Source: Longimicrobiales bacterium (GTDB lineage: Bacteria; Gemmatimonadota; Gemmatimonadetes; Longimicrobiales; Gaopeijiaceae). Taken from it: a stretch of DNA of 64,000 nt. The notes beneath the pieces were generated by a model. It was given only the letters and a program-made list of their open reading frames with translations. It made no database searches and had not been told where the DNA came from. The stretch spans positions 192,001 to 256,000 of the forward strand of contig CBDFMQ010000001.1 of the NCBI GenBank assembly GCA_965249725.1. The letters are read 5' to 3'. The position numbers and the translations under genes are program-made. Each line of letters starts with the position of its first letter. Position 1 is the stretch's first letter. Below, piece by piece: positions 1 through 10,121 of this stretch.

Positions 1-506
1 GGAACAACATGGGGAATTCGCTCATGGTGGGCGGTGCGAAGATGGGGATGGACGTTCGACTCGCGGCGCCTGACGTATGCTGGCCCGAGGCCGGGCTGGT
101 GACCCGCAGCGAGGGGTTCGCGGGCGAGAGCGGCGGGAGCGTCACGATAACCGAGAGTGTCGAGGAGGCGGTCCGCGACGCGGATTTCCTCTACACCGAC
201 GTGTGGGTCTCCATGGGTGAACCCGCCTCGATGTGGGCGGAGCGTATCGAGCTTCTCCGCCCGTATCAGGTCAACTCGCAGGTCGTGGCGATGACCGGGG
301 AGCCTCGGGCGAAGTTCCTGCACTGCCTCCCGGCCTTCCATGACCGTCAGACCGCCGTCGGCGAGGACATCTTTCAGCAGTTCGGTCTCGACGGCATGGA
401 GGTGACAGACGAGGTGTTCGAGGGAGAGCACTCCATCGTCTTCGACCAGGCCGAGAACCGTATGCACACCATCAAGGCCGTGATGGTGGCTACGTTGGCC
501 GGGTAA
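1..506 (+). CDS. arcB: Ornithine carbamoyltransferase, catabolic type (5'-truncated by window edge)
   Basis: [25 protein letters not shown] and [15 protein letters not shown] motifs; directly upstream of carbamate kinase. Confidence 0.93.
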   Translation, partial: NNMGNSLMVGGAKMGMDVRLAAPDVCWPEAGLVTRSEGFAGESGGSVTITESVEEAVRDADFLYTDVWVSMGEPASMWAERIELLRPYQVNSQVVAMTGEPRAKFLHCLPAFHDRQTAVGEDIFQQFGLDGMEVTDEVFEGEHSIVFDQAENRMHTIKAVMVATLAG

Positions 507-518
507 GCGCGGACGCTC

Positions 519-1424
519 GTGCGCGTCGTCGTCGCCCTGGGGGGAAATGCTCTTCTACGGCGAGGAGAGCCTCCCACGGCAGCTGCGCAACGGAGGAACG
601 TGCGGATCGCGGCTGATGCCCTCGCCCCGGTCGCACAGGATCACGAGCTCGTCATCACCCACGGGAACGGACCTCAGGTGGGCCTATTGGCTCTGCAGGC
701 CGCGGCGTACAAAGGCGTGCGCCCGCCCCCGCTCGACGTGCTGGGGGCCGAAAGCGAAGGCATGATCGGCTACATGATCGAGCAGGAGCTCGGCAATCGG
801 CTCCCGGTCGAGCGACCCTTCGCGACCATTCTCACGATGGTCGAGGTCGATCCCGCGGACCCCGCCTTCGACAACCCCACCAAACCCATCGGTCCGCTTT
901 ACCTGGAGGAAGAGGCCCGTGCGCTGGCGTCGGAACACGGCTGGACCGTTGCGCCCGACGGGGACGGGTGGCGACGTGTGGTGCCGTCTCCCCTCCCACG
1001 GCGAGTTTTCGAGATCCGCCCGGTGCGTTGGCTGCTGGAACACAACGTGATCGTCATCTGCTCGGGTGGCGGTGGCATCCCCACCATGTACGACGATCAG
1101 GGAAAGCTCCACGGTGTGGAGGCGGTCATCGACAAGGATCGGGCGAGCGCGTTGTTGGCGGAACAGGTCGAGGCCGACTGTCTGATTCTTGCCACCGATG
1201 CGGACGCGGTATACCTGGATTGGGGCACGCCGGAGCAGAGCCCGATTCGCGCGGCGACACCCGAAGAGCTGAGACGGCACGAGTTTCCGGCCGGTTCCAT
1301 GGGCCCCAAGGTCGAGGCGGCCTGTACGTTCGTGGAGCGCACGGGGGGCCGCGCGTCCATCGGCGCGTTGGGAGAGATCGAGGCGATCCTCAACGCGAGG
1401 GCCGGAACCGTCGTGGAGCGCTGA
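519..1424 (+). CDS. arcC: Carbamate kinase
   Basis: [32 protein letters not shown] and [10 protein letters not shown] motifs. Confidence 0.96.
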   Translation: MRVVVALGGNALLRRGEPPTAAAQRRNVRIAADALAPVAQDHELVITHGNGPQVGLLALQAAAYKGVRPPPLDVLGAESEGMIGYMIEQELGNRLPVERPFATILTMVEVDPADPAFDNPTKPIGPLYLEEEARALASEHGWTVAPDGDGWRRVVPSPLPRRVFEIRPVRWLLEHNVIVICSGGGGIPTMYDDQGKLHGVEAVIDKDRASALLAEQVEADCLILATDADAVYLDWGTPEQSPIRAATPEELRRHEFPAGSMGPKVEAACTFVERTGGRASIGALGEIEAILNARAGTVVER

Positions 1425-1530
1425 TCGAAACAGAAGCGGCGGAATCTACGTCGGGTCGAGGAGACGTTTCGGTCGGCCTGTCGCATGGGGCCGATGGTCC
1501 CGCCTGACTCACACTTGAGGCGACGCTGGT

Positions 1531-1968
1531 ATGGAGCCGGAGATCATTGTCGGGATCCTCGCGATCTTCGTGAGTGGGGGAGCGATGGGGGCGGCCGGGA
1601 CGCTACTGGGGCAGTGGGTGCTCAAGAAGATCTCCGTGACGCCGCAGCGACAGGTGGGCTCCGCTGGTTCGAGGGAGGTCGAGATGCTCAAGGCCGAGAT
1701 GGCCGACATGGCGACACGGCTTCATTCGGTGGACACCCGCCTCGACTTTACGGAACAGCTCCTTGGCGGCGCCCTGTTAGGGGGGCCTGCCCCCGAGAGC
1801 CTGCCGGCTAAGGAGTCTCACCCGGAGTCGCCCTCGATGGCTGAGGGCGATCAGTCCCCTGAAGCGGGCGAGGGCTCCGGCTCGGCCGGCACGGTCCATC
1901 CGTCCACACCGAGCGACCCGGCGGGCGACCCGGCGGGCGACCCGGCGGGCGACCCAGCGGGCCGTTAG
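1531..1968 (+). CDS. Hypothetical protein: N-terminal TM helix, coiled coil, low-complexity PAGD-repeat tail
   Basis: ATG ORF fills the gap; hydrophobic N-terminus; RLDFTEQLL coiled-coil segment. Confidence 0.7.
   Translation: MEPEIIVGILAIFVSGGAMGAAGTLLGQWVLKKISVTPQRQVGSAGSREVEMLKAEMADMATRLHSVDTRLDFTEQLLGGALLGGPAPESLPAKESHPESPSMAEGDQSPEAGEGSGSAGTVHPSTPSDPAGDPAGDPAGDPAGR
1913..1962 (+). repeat. 12-bp tandem repeat GCGACCCGGCGG x4 (encodes DPAG repeats)
   Basis: Read directly; one mismatch in the 4th copy. Confidence 0.9.
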
Positions 1969-2064
1969 CGGCAGCTCGAGACCACCCGCCGGTTTCATCG
2001 GTGGCTCCGGGTCTGTCAGAGTGGGGGACGGGCCGAGTGCGGTGTCAGGCGATACTATATCGCC

Positions 2065-3006
2065 ATGTCCACCCCCACGCTGCGTATCGGAGTCGATCTG
2101 GGCGGCACCAAGATAGAGGCTTTGGCCCTCGGTCCGGATGGCGTAGAGCTGGCCCGGCGTCGGGTCGCGACCCCGGGGAGCTATGACCAGACTCTGGGGC
2201 TCCTCCGCGGCCTGGTGTCGTCTCTGGAAGCCGACGCGGCCACCACGACCGGTTCGGTGACGCCGGCGAGTGTGGGCGTCGGCATTCCCGGGGCCATCTC
2301 GCCGACGACCGGGCTCGTCAAAAACTCCAACTCCACGTGGCTCAACGGTCGTCCCTTCGACGACGACCTGGGGCGGATTCTGGGACGGCCCGTTCGAGTC
2401 CTGAATGACGCGAACTGCTTCGCCTTCTCCGAGGCTACCGATGGGGCGGGGGCAGGCGCGGACGTCGTCTTCGGCATCATCATCGGGACCGGGGTGGGCG
2501 GCGGCGTGGTCGTCCACAAGCAGGTTCTGGAAGGGCCGCAGCGGATCGGGGGTGAGTGGGGCCACAACCCGTTGCCATGGCCCAACGACGCTGAGCGACC
2601 TGGGCCGGAGTGTGCCTGCGGTAAGCGAGGCTGTCTCGAGACTTATGTCTCCGGGCCGGGATTTGCCCGCGATCACGAAGCGACCACAGGCGAGGCACTG
2701 TCCACCCATGAGATCGCATCGAGGGCTGCAGAGGGTGATGCCGGAGCCAGTGCGTCCTACGACCGCTACGTGGATCGGTTGGCCCGTGGCTTGGCCACCG
2801 TCGTCAATGTCGTCGATCCCGATGTCGTCGTGTTGGGAGGGGGCATGTCCAATCTCGCCGACCTGCCGGAGGATCTGAAGCACGCCCTGGCACCCTATGT
2901 GTTCACCGACACGTGCTCGACTCGGGTGGTGCGGAACGTTCACGGGGACTCGAGCGGCGTGCGCGGCGCGGCCTGGCTCTGGCCGGCGGAGTCCACTCGC
3001 AGGTAG
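2065..3006 (+). CDS. mak: ROK-family sugar kinase (fructokinase Mak-like)
   Basis: IGVDLGGTKIE, NDANCFA, GEWGHNPLP and CACGKRGCLE motifs. Confidence 0.9.
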   Translation: MSTPTLRIGVDLGGTKIEALALGPDGVELARRRVATPGSYDQTLGLLRGLVSSLEADAATTTGSVTPASVGVGIPGAISPTTGLVKNSNSTWLNGRPFDDDLGRILGRPVRVLNDANCFAFSEATDGAGAGADVVFGIIIGTGVGGGVVVHKQVLEGPQRIGGEWGHNPLPWPNDAERPGPECACGKRGCLETYVSGPGFARDHEATTGEALSTHEIASRAAEGDAGASASYDRYVDRLARGLATVVNVVDPDVVVLGGGMSNLADLPEDLKHALAPYVFTDTCSTRVVRNVHGDSSGVRGAAWLWPAESTRR

Positions 3007-3015
3007 GCCGATCCC

Positions 3016-4353
3016 ATGTGGCTTCTTCCCGTGCTCTCCGCGTCGTGCTGGTTGGTCAGCCGAGTCTTCTACCGACTCTCCGTGGACGGCCCAGAGGTCC
3101 CACCCGGCGGCCCGGTCCTGCTCGTTGCCAACCATCCGAACTCTCTCGTGGACCCCGTCATCGTCGCGGGTGTTACGGGCCGCCGCGTGCGGTTCTTGGC
3201 GAAGGCGCCACTGTTCACCGATGCCAAGATCGGGTGGATGGTCAGGGCGGCCGGAGCGATTCCGGTCTATCGAACGCAAGACGACCCGTCCGCAATGGGC
3301 CAAAACCGTGACGTCTTCGAGGCGGTCATCGGGGAGTTGGCGCACGGAGCGGCGATCGGGATCTTCCCGGAGGGCGTCAGCCACTCGGAGCCGTCTCTGG
3401 CCGAGCTGCGCACAGGTACCGCGCGCATGGCACTGGGCGCCTATGAGCAGACTGCCCGGACATTCCCCATCGTCCCGGTCGGAATCGTGCCGGCCCGGAA
3501 GGAGCGTTTTCGCTCAGAGATGCGGGTGGTTCTGGGAGAGCCCGTGCAATGGGACGATCTGGCCGAGCGAGGCCGTAAGGACCGTGATGCGGTACGGGAG
3601 CTCACGGCCCGGATCGATCAGGGGCTGAGGGGAGTCACCCTCAACCTGGAGAAATGGGAGGACCGGCCACTCGTGGAAACCGCCGAGGCGATATGGAGCC
3701 TCGAGGTGGAGGAGGCCGAGGGCCCGGCCCACCAGTTGCGCCGTTACGAGATCACCGCGCGGATCCTGTCCGCCGTCCGGCAGGGCTCGGACGACCGCTG
3801 GAAGGCCCTGCAGCGCGACCTTTCCAATCATTATCGTCGCCTGGCCCTGTTCGGGTTCGGACCAGGCGACCTGCACGCCGACGTGGGGATCCCGTCCAGC
3901 GTGCGTTGGTCGGCCCGTCGCCTCTACCTGGTCGGGATTCCCGTCATCGCTCTGGCCCTCGTGGGCCACATCACGTTCTGGGCCCCGTTCTGGCTCACGC
4001 GTTTTCTCACGGCGAGGGCGAGGCCGGCGCTCGATCGGATATCCACCTACAAGCTCCTGTTCGGGCTCCTGAACTACTCCGCCTGGGTGGCCCTGGTCGC
4101 CGCGGCGGGCCTGTGGGTATGGGGCTGGGGGGTGGGGCTGGCTCTGCTGCTGCTCATGCCTCCTCTAGGTATCACGGGGCTTTGGATCCGTGAGCGGTGG
4201 CGCTGGGGGTTCCGTGATGCCCGGCGGTTCCTGATCCTCCGTACCCGCAGGCACGTGATCGCCGAGTTGTTCGCCGAGCAGAAGCGCCTGGGCTCGGAGC
4301 TCCGGGCCCTATTCGGGGCTTGGGAATCGGGAGACCCCGGCCTGGGTCACTGA
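3016..4353 (+). CDS. PlsC-like phospholipid/glycerol acyltransferase with C-terminal TM helices
   Basis: ANHPNSLVD (HX4D), FLAK and IFPEG motifs. Confidence 0.88.
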   Translation: MWLLPVLSASCWLVSRVFYRLSVDGPEVPPGGPVLLVANHPNSLVDPVIVAGVTGRRVRFLAKAPLFTDAKIGWMVRAAGAIPVYRTQDDPSAMGQNRDVFEAVIGELAHGAAIGIFPEGVSHSEPSLAELRTGTARMALGAYEQTARTFPIVPVGIVPARKERFRSEMRVVLGEPVQWDDLAERGRKDRDAVRELTARIDQGLRGVTLNLEKWEDRPLVETAEAIWSLEVEEAEGPAHQLRRYEITARILSAVRQGSDDRWKALQRDLSNHYRRLALFGFGPGDLHADVGIPSSVRWSARRLYLVGIPVIALALVGHITFWAPFWLTRFLTARARPALDRISTYKLLFGLLNYSAWVALVAAAGLWVWGWGVGLALLLLMPPLGITGLWIRERWRWGFRDARRFLILRTRRHVIAELFAEQKRLGSELRALFGAWESGDPGLGH

Positions 4354-5696
4354 AGCCCGATAGCGATCGCCAGGATGACCACGGCGGCGCCTAGGCCCAT
4401 GAGCACCAGATACCACTTCACGGTGAACTTGAGCCACTCCTGATACTCGACTCCCCCGGCGGCCAGTATGGCCATGAGGGCCCCGTTCGTCGGCGTGATG
4501 AGATCACAGAGTCCGGCTCCGTATTGGTACGCCAACACCGTGACCTGACGCGAGAGGCCCAGGAGGTCGGACAGGGGGATGAGCACCGGCATCGTCAGCA
4601 CGGCCTGCCCGCTCACGCTGGGCACCGGTACGTGGACGAAGACGTGAGAGACCATCATTCCCAGGGCCGAGAGGGCCACCGGAAGGTTGGCCACGGGGGT
4701 GAACATGCCGTGGACGATCGTGTCCACGATGCGACCCTGATCGAGCACCACGAAGATGGCTCTGGCGAAGCCGATGAGCAGGGCGGCATACGCCATCGAG
4801 CGGAATCCCTTCACGTATGCCTCCGCCGTGCCCATCACCCGGAGTCCACCCACGACACCGGCCACGATGCCCATGATGAAGAAGAGTGCCGACATCTCGT
4901 CGAAGCCCCATCCCATGCTCAGGATGCCCCAGATGAGGACAGCGAAGGTCGCCACGACCATGGCCAGAATCGACAGATCGTGGGGGCTCATGACTCCGTC
5001 CTCTTCATCTAAGTCTTCGGGAGCCTCGGGAGCCGTGCGGGTGCGCTCTGCGTGGCGCATGGTGGCGAAGATCCAGATGCCGAGGGCCACGGCGAGGAAC
5101 ACGATGCGGAAGAGGCCACCCGAAAGCAGTGGTAGCTCAGCCAGTTTCTGGGCGATGCCCACCTGGAACGGGTTGATGGGACTGAAGGCCGATCCCACGA
5201 AGGCGGCGCCGGCGCTCATCGACACTGCGGTGAGAGGCGCGAAACCCAGGCGCTTCGTCAGGATGAGCAGGACCGGCACGAGCGCGATGATCTCTTCCTG
5301 CATGTTCTCCAGGACGCCGCCGGTGGCGAAGGCGAGGCTCACCACCGGGATGACGAGGACCTCGCGGTTCTGTAGCCTCTTCACGAGCCAACCCACCGCG
5401 CTGCGCAGTGCGCCGGTCTCGTCTACCACGGTGAACGCCCCGCCGATGAGGAACACCAGAAAGACGACGTCTGCCGCGTCGGCCATGCCCTTCGGGATGG
5501 CGACAATGGCCTGGAAGAACCCGACCGGGGCAGGCTCCACCTCATGGTACGTGCCGGCCACGACGACGCTGCGACCCGTTATCGGGTCGTCCCGACGCTC
5601 GTACTGACCGGCGGGAAGCACGTAACTCAAGGCTGCCGCGATCAGAATGCAGCCGGTGAGCAGTGTGAGCGGATGCGGGAAGCGCGGCTTCGTCAT
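4347..5696 (-). CDS. yfcC: YfcC-family (DcuC/ArcD-like) membrane transporter
   Basis: LPAGQYER, SPINPF, SVSGQA and RQVTVLAYQYG motifs; many TM segments. Confidence 0.88.
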   Translation of the reverse strand: MTKPRFPHPLTLLTGCILIAAALSYVLPAGQYERRDDPITGRSVVVAGTYHEVEPAPVGFFQAIVAIPKGMADAADVVFLVFLIGGAFTVVDETGALRSAVGWLVKRLQNREVLVIPVVSLAFATGGVLENMQEEIIALVPVLLILTKRLGFAPLTAVSMSAGAAFVGSAFSPINPFQVGIAQKLAELPLLSGGLFRIVFLAVALGIWIFATMRHAERTRTAPEAPEDLDEEDGVMSPHDLSILAMVVATFAVLIWGILSMGWGFDEMSALFFIMGIVAGVVGGLRVMGTAEAYVKGFRSMAYAALLIGFARAIFVVLDQGRIVDTIVHGMFTPVANLPVALSALGMMVSHVFVHVPVPSVSGQAVLTMPVLIPLSDLLGLSRQVTVLAYQYGAGLCDLITPTNGALMAILAAGGVEYQEWLKFTVKWYLVLMGLGAAVVILAIAIGLQ

Positions 5697-5699
5697 CTG

Positions 5700-5978
5700 C
5701 TACTCCAGGTCGATTTCTGACTCGTAGTCATCCAGCCGGGCGATCCGCTCGAGAAAGAACCCGATGGCGTAGACGCCGGCGCCGCCGACCAGCATGTAGA
5801 CCGTTTCCACTCCCGACACAAACAGGAAGGCCGCGGCCATGATGATGAGGCCGAAGGTGGAGATCAGGCTGGCAAAGGGAGATACGCGGTGCTGGCGACC
5901 CCTGCGCACGACGGCGGAGATGCCGAGTGCCGCCGCCGAGGTAACCATGAACTTGAGGACGGTAGGCAAAGTGATCAC
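5700..5978 (-). CDS. Small membrane protein (about 92 aa, 3 TM)
   Basis: GTG start overlaps the dcyD stop (GTGA coupling); hydrophobic C-terminal half of ORF 5700..6263. Confidence 0.65.
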   Translation of the reverse strand: MITLPTVLKFMVTSAAALGISAVVRRGRQHRVSPFASLISTFGLIIMAAAFLFVSGVETVYMLVGGAGVYAIGFFLERIARLDDYESEIDLE

Positions 5979-7005
5979 GGCTTGGACTCCGTCGCGCTGA
6001 GGATCTCGGGGCCGTAGGCGAAGAGGGCCGGGGTACCGCCGGTATGCATGAATATGACCGGCTCGGGTCCTACCCGGCCCTTTCGGACCAGGTCCAAGAA
6101 TCCCGCAAAGGCCTTGCCTGTGTAGACCGGGTCCACGAGCAGGGCTTCTGTGCGGGCCGCAATGAGCATGGCCTCGGTGGCGGAGTCGGTCAGGCACCCA
6201 TAGGCCGGTCCGAGGAAGTCGTCCGTGACCAGGACGTCGTCCTCCTGCACGATCCCCACACAATCCAAGAGGGATTCCGTTCTGCGCACCACCCGTGTGA
6301 CCCGTCCCCTCTGCGCGTCCTGCCCGCGGCGGACGCAGATTCCGTGTACCGTAACGTCTCTCCGGCCCTGAGCCCTGAGTCCGACGAGCATGCCTGCATG
6401 CGTAGCAGCGCTGCCGCTGGCCAGCACGATGGTGCTCAACGGCACGTTCATCTCATCGGTCTGCTGAATGAGTTCTGCCGCTGCTTCTACGTACCCGAGG
6501 GCCCCGAGGGGCTCGTGTTCCTCCGATAGATAAATCAAGTAAGGGCGTTCCCCGCCTCTTCCAGACCTTGCGCGATTTCAGAGAGGGCTCGGTCGGCCCC
6601 TGCTTCATCCTCACCCTCGGGGTACGTGTGGAGGTGGGCACCCAGCAGCCGATTCAAGAGCACATTGCCCGATCCGTGATACACCTCGCCCATCCCCGGT
6701 ACGCGATCCTCCAGTTGGATGTGGCAGCCTAGCCCTAGCTTGGATGCGGCCGCAGCCACCGTCCGCACGAAGTTGGACTGAACCGCGCCGGTAACGAGGA
6801 CCGTGGTCGCACCGCGCTCGACGGCGTCTCCGAAGTAGAACTCGAGTTGGCGGGCCTTGTTGCCTCCTAGGGCGAGTCCGGTGCAGTCGTCTCGTTTCAC
6901 GAGCAGACTCGGCCCGCCCACGAGCTCCGAGAGGTTGGGCATGGGTTCCAGCGGAGTCGGGAGGTGGGCCAGCTCGACCCGGGGAAAGTCGGTCAGAGGA
7001 CGCAT
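5975..7005 (-). pseudogene. dcyD: D-cysteine desulfhydrase / ACC-deaminase family PLP enzyme, split by a 1-nt frameshift at about 6550-6553
   Basis: N-half (PTPLE, KRDD, GGNKARQLE, QSN) in 6535..7005; C-half (GALGY, SGSAATHAG, DPVYTGKA, HTGG) in 5975..6538; one extra G restores ...GERPYLIY... Confidence 0.88.
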
Positions 7006-7009
7006 GAGG

Positions 7010-7783
7010 CTATCGGAGGAGGGTGGTCAGCAGCATGTAGGATCCGGTGGCGGCGAGTAGAAGAAGGACGAAGCGCCGGAACATGGTTTCATTGATGTGC
7101 CGGGCGGCCGCGTGCCCAAGGGCCGCACCGGCCCAAGCCAGCGGGAGCAGGGTGGCCGCCGTGATCCAAACACGAGGGGAGATGCCTACCGTCGCCGACT
7201 GGAGCAATATCGCTCCTATATATAGAGCGGTGAACAGTGTGAGGGAGACCGCTCTGAAGGTGGCCTTGTCCACACCTATGGCGGTCAGGTAGAGGACCAG
7301 GACAGGGCCTGGCATACTGAGGGACGCCGTCATCGCACCTGCGACCACCCCGACAGCGAGGACCGAAGGGGTGCGGTATGGCATGGCTGTGTCTGTCGAC
7401 GCGGCCGATTGCCCCGATTCTCCAGCGACCTTGGTGGGGGCCTTTTGCCTGGCGAGAACCGCGGTGAAAGCCAGAATGACCACGGCCACCGCCGCGTAGA
7501 TGGCGCCCAAGCTGGCATACGCGAAGGCTATCACCCCCACCGGTACCCCCAGAAGGGCCCCGGTCAGGAGTAGCCGCCACAGGCCCACCGGCACATCTCT
7601 CCATAGGCGCCGGCACAACGAGCCGCAGATCACCAGGTTCAGCACCAGGGTCACCTGCACGGCTTCGGTGGACTCGAGGATCAAGAGGAAGAAGGAGACG
7701 GCCAGCAGAGTGAACGCGAATCCGATGGTGCCCTGTACCGCGGCGGCGAATAAGGTTACCAGGCCCAACAGGACCCAGTCCAT
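7010..7783 (-). CDS. TSUP (TauE/SafE) family sulfite exporter-like membrane protein
   Basis: QGTIGFA and SMPGP motifs; about 8 TM helices. Confidence 0.82.
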   Translation of the reverse strand: MDWVLLGLVTLFAAAVQGTIGFAFTLLAVSFFLLILESTEAVQVTLVLNLVICGSLCRRLWRDVPVGLWRLLLTGALLGVPVGVIAFAYASLGAIYAAVAVVILAFTAVLARQKAPTKVAGESGQSAASTDTAMPYRTPSVLAVGVVAGAMTASLSMPGPVLVLYLTAIGVDKATFRAVSLTLFTALYIGAILLQSATVGISPRVWITAATLLPLAWAGAALGHAAARHINETMFRRFVLLLLAATGSYMLLTTLLR

Positions 7784-7797
7784 CAGCGCGATGGCTT

Positions 7798-8601
7798 CTA
7801 TGAACCGCTCCCTTCATGTCGCTCGACCCATCGCGGTATGACTTCCTGGATCCGGGCCACCCCATCGGTGAGCGCCGCCGGGCCCGGCTGCAGGATGAGG
7901 GGAGACTTGATCTCGTGCACTTCGTCATTACGAACGGCGGGAATCTCAGACCATCCGGGTCGAGCCACCAGCCTGTCCTTCTGGAACTTCCTACCGCACC
8001 ACGAACCGAGAATGATGTCAGGGGACCGTCGAATGACCTCGGCCGGGTCGGCGATGATCCGGCCTTTCGCCAGCGAAGATGCTGCCAGCTCCGGGAAGCA
8101 GTCCTCGCCTCCCGCGATCTCGACCAGCTCCGAGACCCATCGGATTCCCGAGATCAGGGGGTCGTACCATTCCTCGAAGTAGACGCGCGGACGGCGGAGG
8201 AACTCCGCAGCATGCGCGCGCACATCGGCGAGCCCGTCTTCCAGCTCCTCCGCCAGCCGAGCACCCTTCTGTTCACAACCGATCATGGATCCCAAGGTCC
8301 GAATCATCCGCAGAATCCCTGGCACGCTGCGGTGATTGAAGACATGCACCTCGACTCCTTGCCGGATCAACTCGGCGGCGATGTCGGCCTGGATGTCCGA
8401 AAAGCCGAGGACCAGGTCGGGTTCCAGGTCTAGAATCTGGTCGATCTTCGCGCTCGTGAAGGCCGAGACTTTGGGTTTTTCCCTTCTGGCCCGGGGTGGT
8501 CGAACGGTGAAGCCGGAGATGCCGACGATGCGCCAGTCTTCTTCCATCAGGTAGAGGGCTTCCGTGGTCTCCTCGGTGAGACAGACGAGGCGTTCGTACA
8601 T
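7798..8601 (-). CDS. BtuF-like periplasmic-binding-fold protein (cobalamin/Fe-siderophore type), no signal peptide
   Basis: RLVCLTEETTE, PDLVLGFSDIQ, VYFEEW and ILQPGPA; start trimmed to ATG at 8601. Confidence 0.85.
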   Translation of the reverse strand: MYERLVCLTEETTEALYLMEEDWRIVGISGFTVRPPRARREKPKVSAFTSAKIDQILDLEPDLVLGFSDIQADIAAELIRQGVEVHVFNHRSVPGILRMIRTLGSMIGCEQKGARLAEELEDGLADVRAHAAEFLRRPRVYFEEWYDPLISGIRWVSELVEIAGGEDCFPELAASSLAKGRIIADPAEVIRRSPDIILGSWCGRKFQKDRLVARPGWSEIPAVRNDEVHEIKSPLILQPGPAALTDGVARIQEVIPRWVERHEGSGS

Positions 8602-8733
8602 CGAGAGGGTCGGGGCTCCGGGTGCGGTCGGTTGTTCTTTTCGTCGGTGAGGTCGTAACATGCCTCCCCACATAAGCCTTTCGCCATGTGGAAGATCCGA
8701 CACGCTCCCGACAAGCAGAATCAGACGAGGTGT

Positions 8734-10077
8734 ATGATGAGGACGAAGAGTGCTATGACCCTTGCCGCGACCCTGGCCGCCGTGGCTCTTCTCTCCACGG
8801 CCACGACCGTAGCCGCGCAAGACAATGCCGAGTCGCGTGGTAGCGACAACATCGAGGTGGTGTCCCACCTGCCCCTCGGCGCTCCGGGGAGTGTGTCCGA
8901 CATCGAGGTCGAACAGGACATGAACCGTCCTTTCGCGTACGTCGGCCGTGAAGTCCTTGGACAATCGGCCGGTGGCGATCGCGGGATCGATGTCATCGAC
9001 ATTGCGGACCCGGCAGATCCCAAGGTCATCCACCGTTGGCGGATCGAGGACAACGATCTACACGTCGGGGCGGGCGGCAAGGACATCAAGGCCTTCTCGT
9101 GGGACGGCCGTCACTACGTGATTCTGTCGGTCCAGTTCCGCCAGGGTGGGCCGGACTATGACCTGGGCGCCATCATCTTCGACGTGACGGGGCTCCCGGA
9201 TCCATCGAGTTTCCGGGAGGTCGCTCGAATCCAGGGCCCTGAGGAGCTGGGCGGCTTCCATAACATCTTCACATACATGCACAGCAACGGGCGCCCGCTG
9301 CTCTTTGCCACCACGACCACTCCGGCGGCTCACGTCTATGACTTGGGTCACGTCCTGGACGGGAGAAGCGACGAAGCCCTCGTTGCGCGCGTGCCGGTTC
9401 CGGGCGAGAACGCCCAGAGCTACCACGACTTCTACACGGGATACCACGCGGATAGCCAGCAGGACCGATTCTATGGTGGAGGCACCGGCGGATACTATGT
9501 GTTCGACGTGACCGACCTGGAGAATCCCGAACTGTTGGTGACGCTGACGGGAATCAGCGGAATCTCGTGGGGACACACGTTTACTCCGTCGCCGGACGGC
9601 CGGTACGTCATTTCCGAGGCCGAGTACCAGTATGCCCCACTGAGGATGTTCGACCTGAAGCCGGCGCTCGAGGGCGAGGTCTCGAACATCCGGCAGCCGA
9701 TCTCGGCGTGGACCGCCGACTGGGAGCACCTGGTGCACAACCATGAGGTCCGCTGGCCGTTCGTATTCGTGTCCGGATACCTGGACGGCCTCCAGATCTT
9801 CAGCATGCAGGATCCAAAGAAACCCAGGACGATCGCCCACTACGACACCTACCTGGAAGGTGAGGAGGACGGCGTCATGAACGGGGCGTGGGGCACGGAC
9901 GTGAGGAACGCCGACGGCCTGATCGTGGTGTCGGACATGGTAACCGGCTTCTGGGCTTTTCGTATGGAAGGCTTCAAGGGCTGGAACGGCCTCGACTGGG
10001 GGCAGCCGAACATTTCGAGCGTGCAGGATTGGGAGAACGGGCCCGAGTACCAGGCGCGGACTCGCTACCAGAACTAG
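8734..10077 (+). CDS. Secreted LVIVD-repeat beta-propeller protein, paralog 1
   Basis: Sec signal; IDIADP/FDVTD repeats; GFHN, YHD, GHT and HNH His motifs. Confidence 0.85.
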   Translation: MMRTKSAMTLAATLAAVALLSTATTVAAQDNAESRGSDNIEVVSHLPLGAPGSVSDIEVEQDMNRPFAYVGREVLGQSAGGDRGIDVIDIADPADPKVIHRWRIEDNDLHVGAGGKDIKAFSWDGRHYVILSVQFRQGGPDYDLGAIIFDVTGLPDPSSFREVARIQGPEELGGFHNIFTYMHSNGRPLLFATTTTPAAHVYDLGHVLDGRSDEALVARVPVPGENAQSYHDFYTGYHADSQQDRFYGGGTGGYYVFDVTDLENPELLVTLTGISGISWGHTFTPSPDGRYVISEAEYQYAPLRMFDLKPALEGEVSNIRQPISAWTADWEHLVHNHEVRWPFVFVSGYLDGLQIFSMQDPKKPRTIAHYDTYLEGEEDGVMNGAWGTDVRNADGLIVVSDMVTGFWAFRMEGFKGWNGLDWGQPNISSVQDWENGPEYQARTRYQN

Positions 10078-10121
10078 GCAGGAATCTCCCGTCGGAGATA
10101 GCCGTTTCAACGAGGTGACAG

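Noticed and set aside
1777..3384. Long antisense ORFs (also 12959..14917, 26398..28416, 41769..43022)
   Set aside because: Shadow ORFs opposite well-supported genes, expected in high-GC DNA; no motifs
8602..8733. Cobalamin riboswitch upstream of the BtuF-like gene
   Set aside because: Intergenic region is short and no B12-box was recognised
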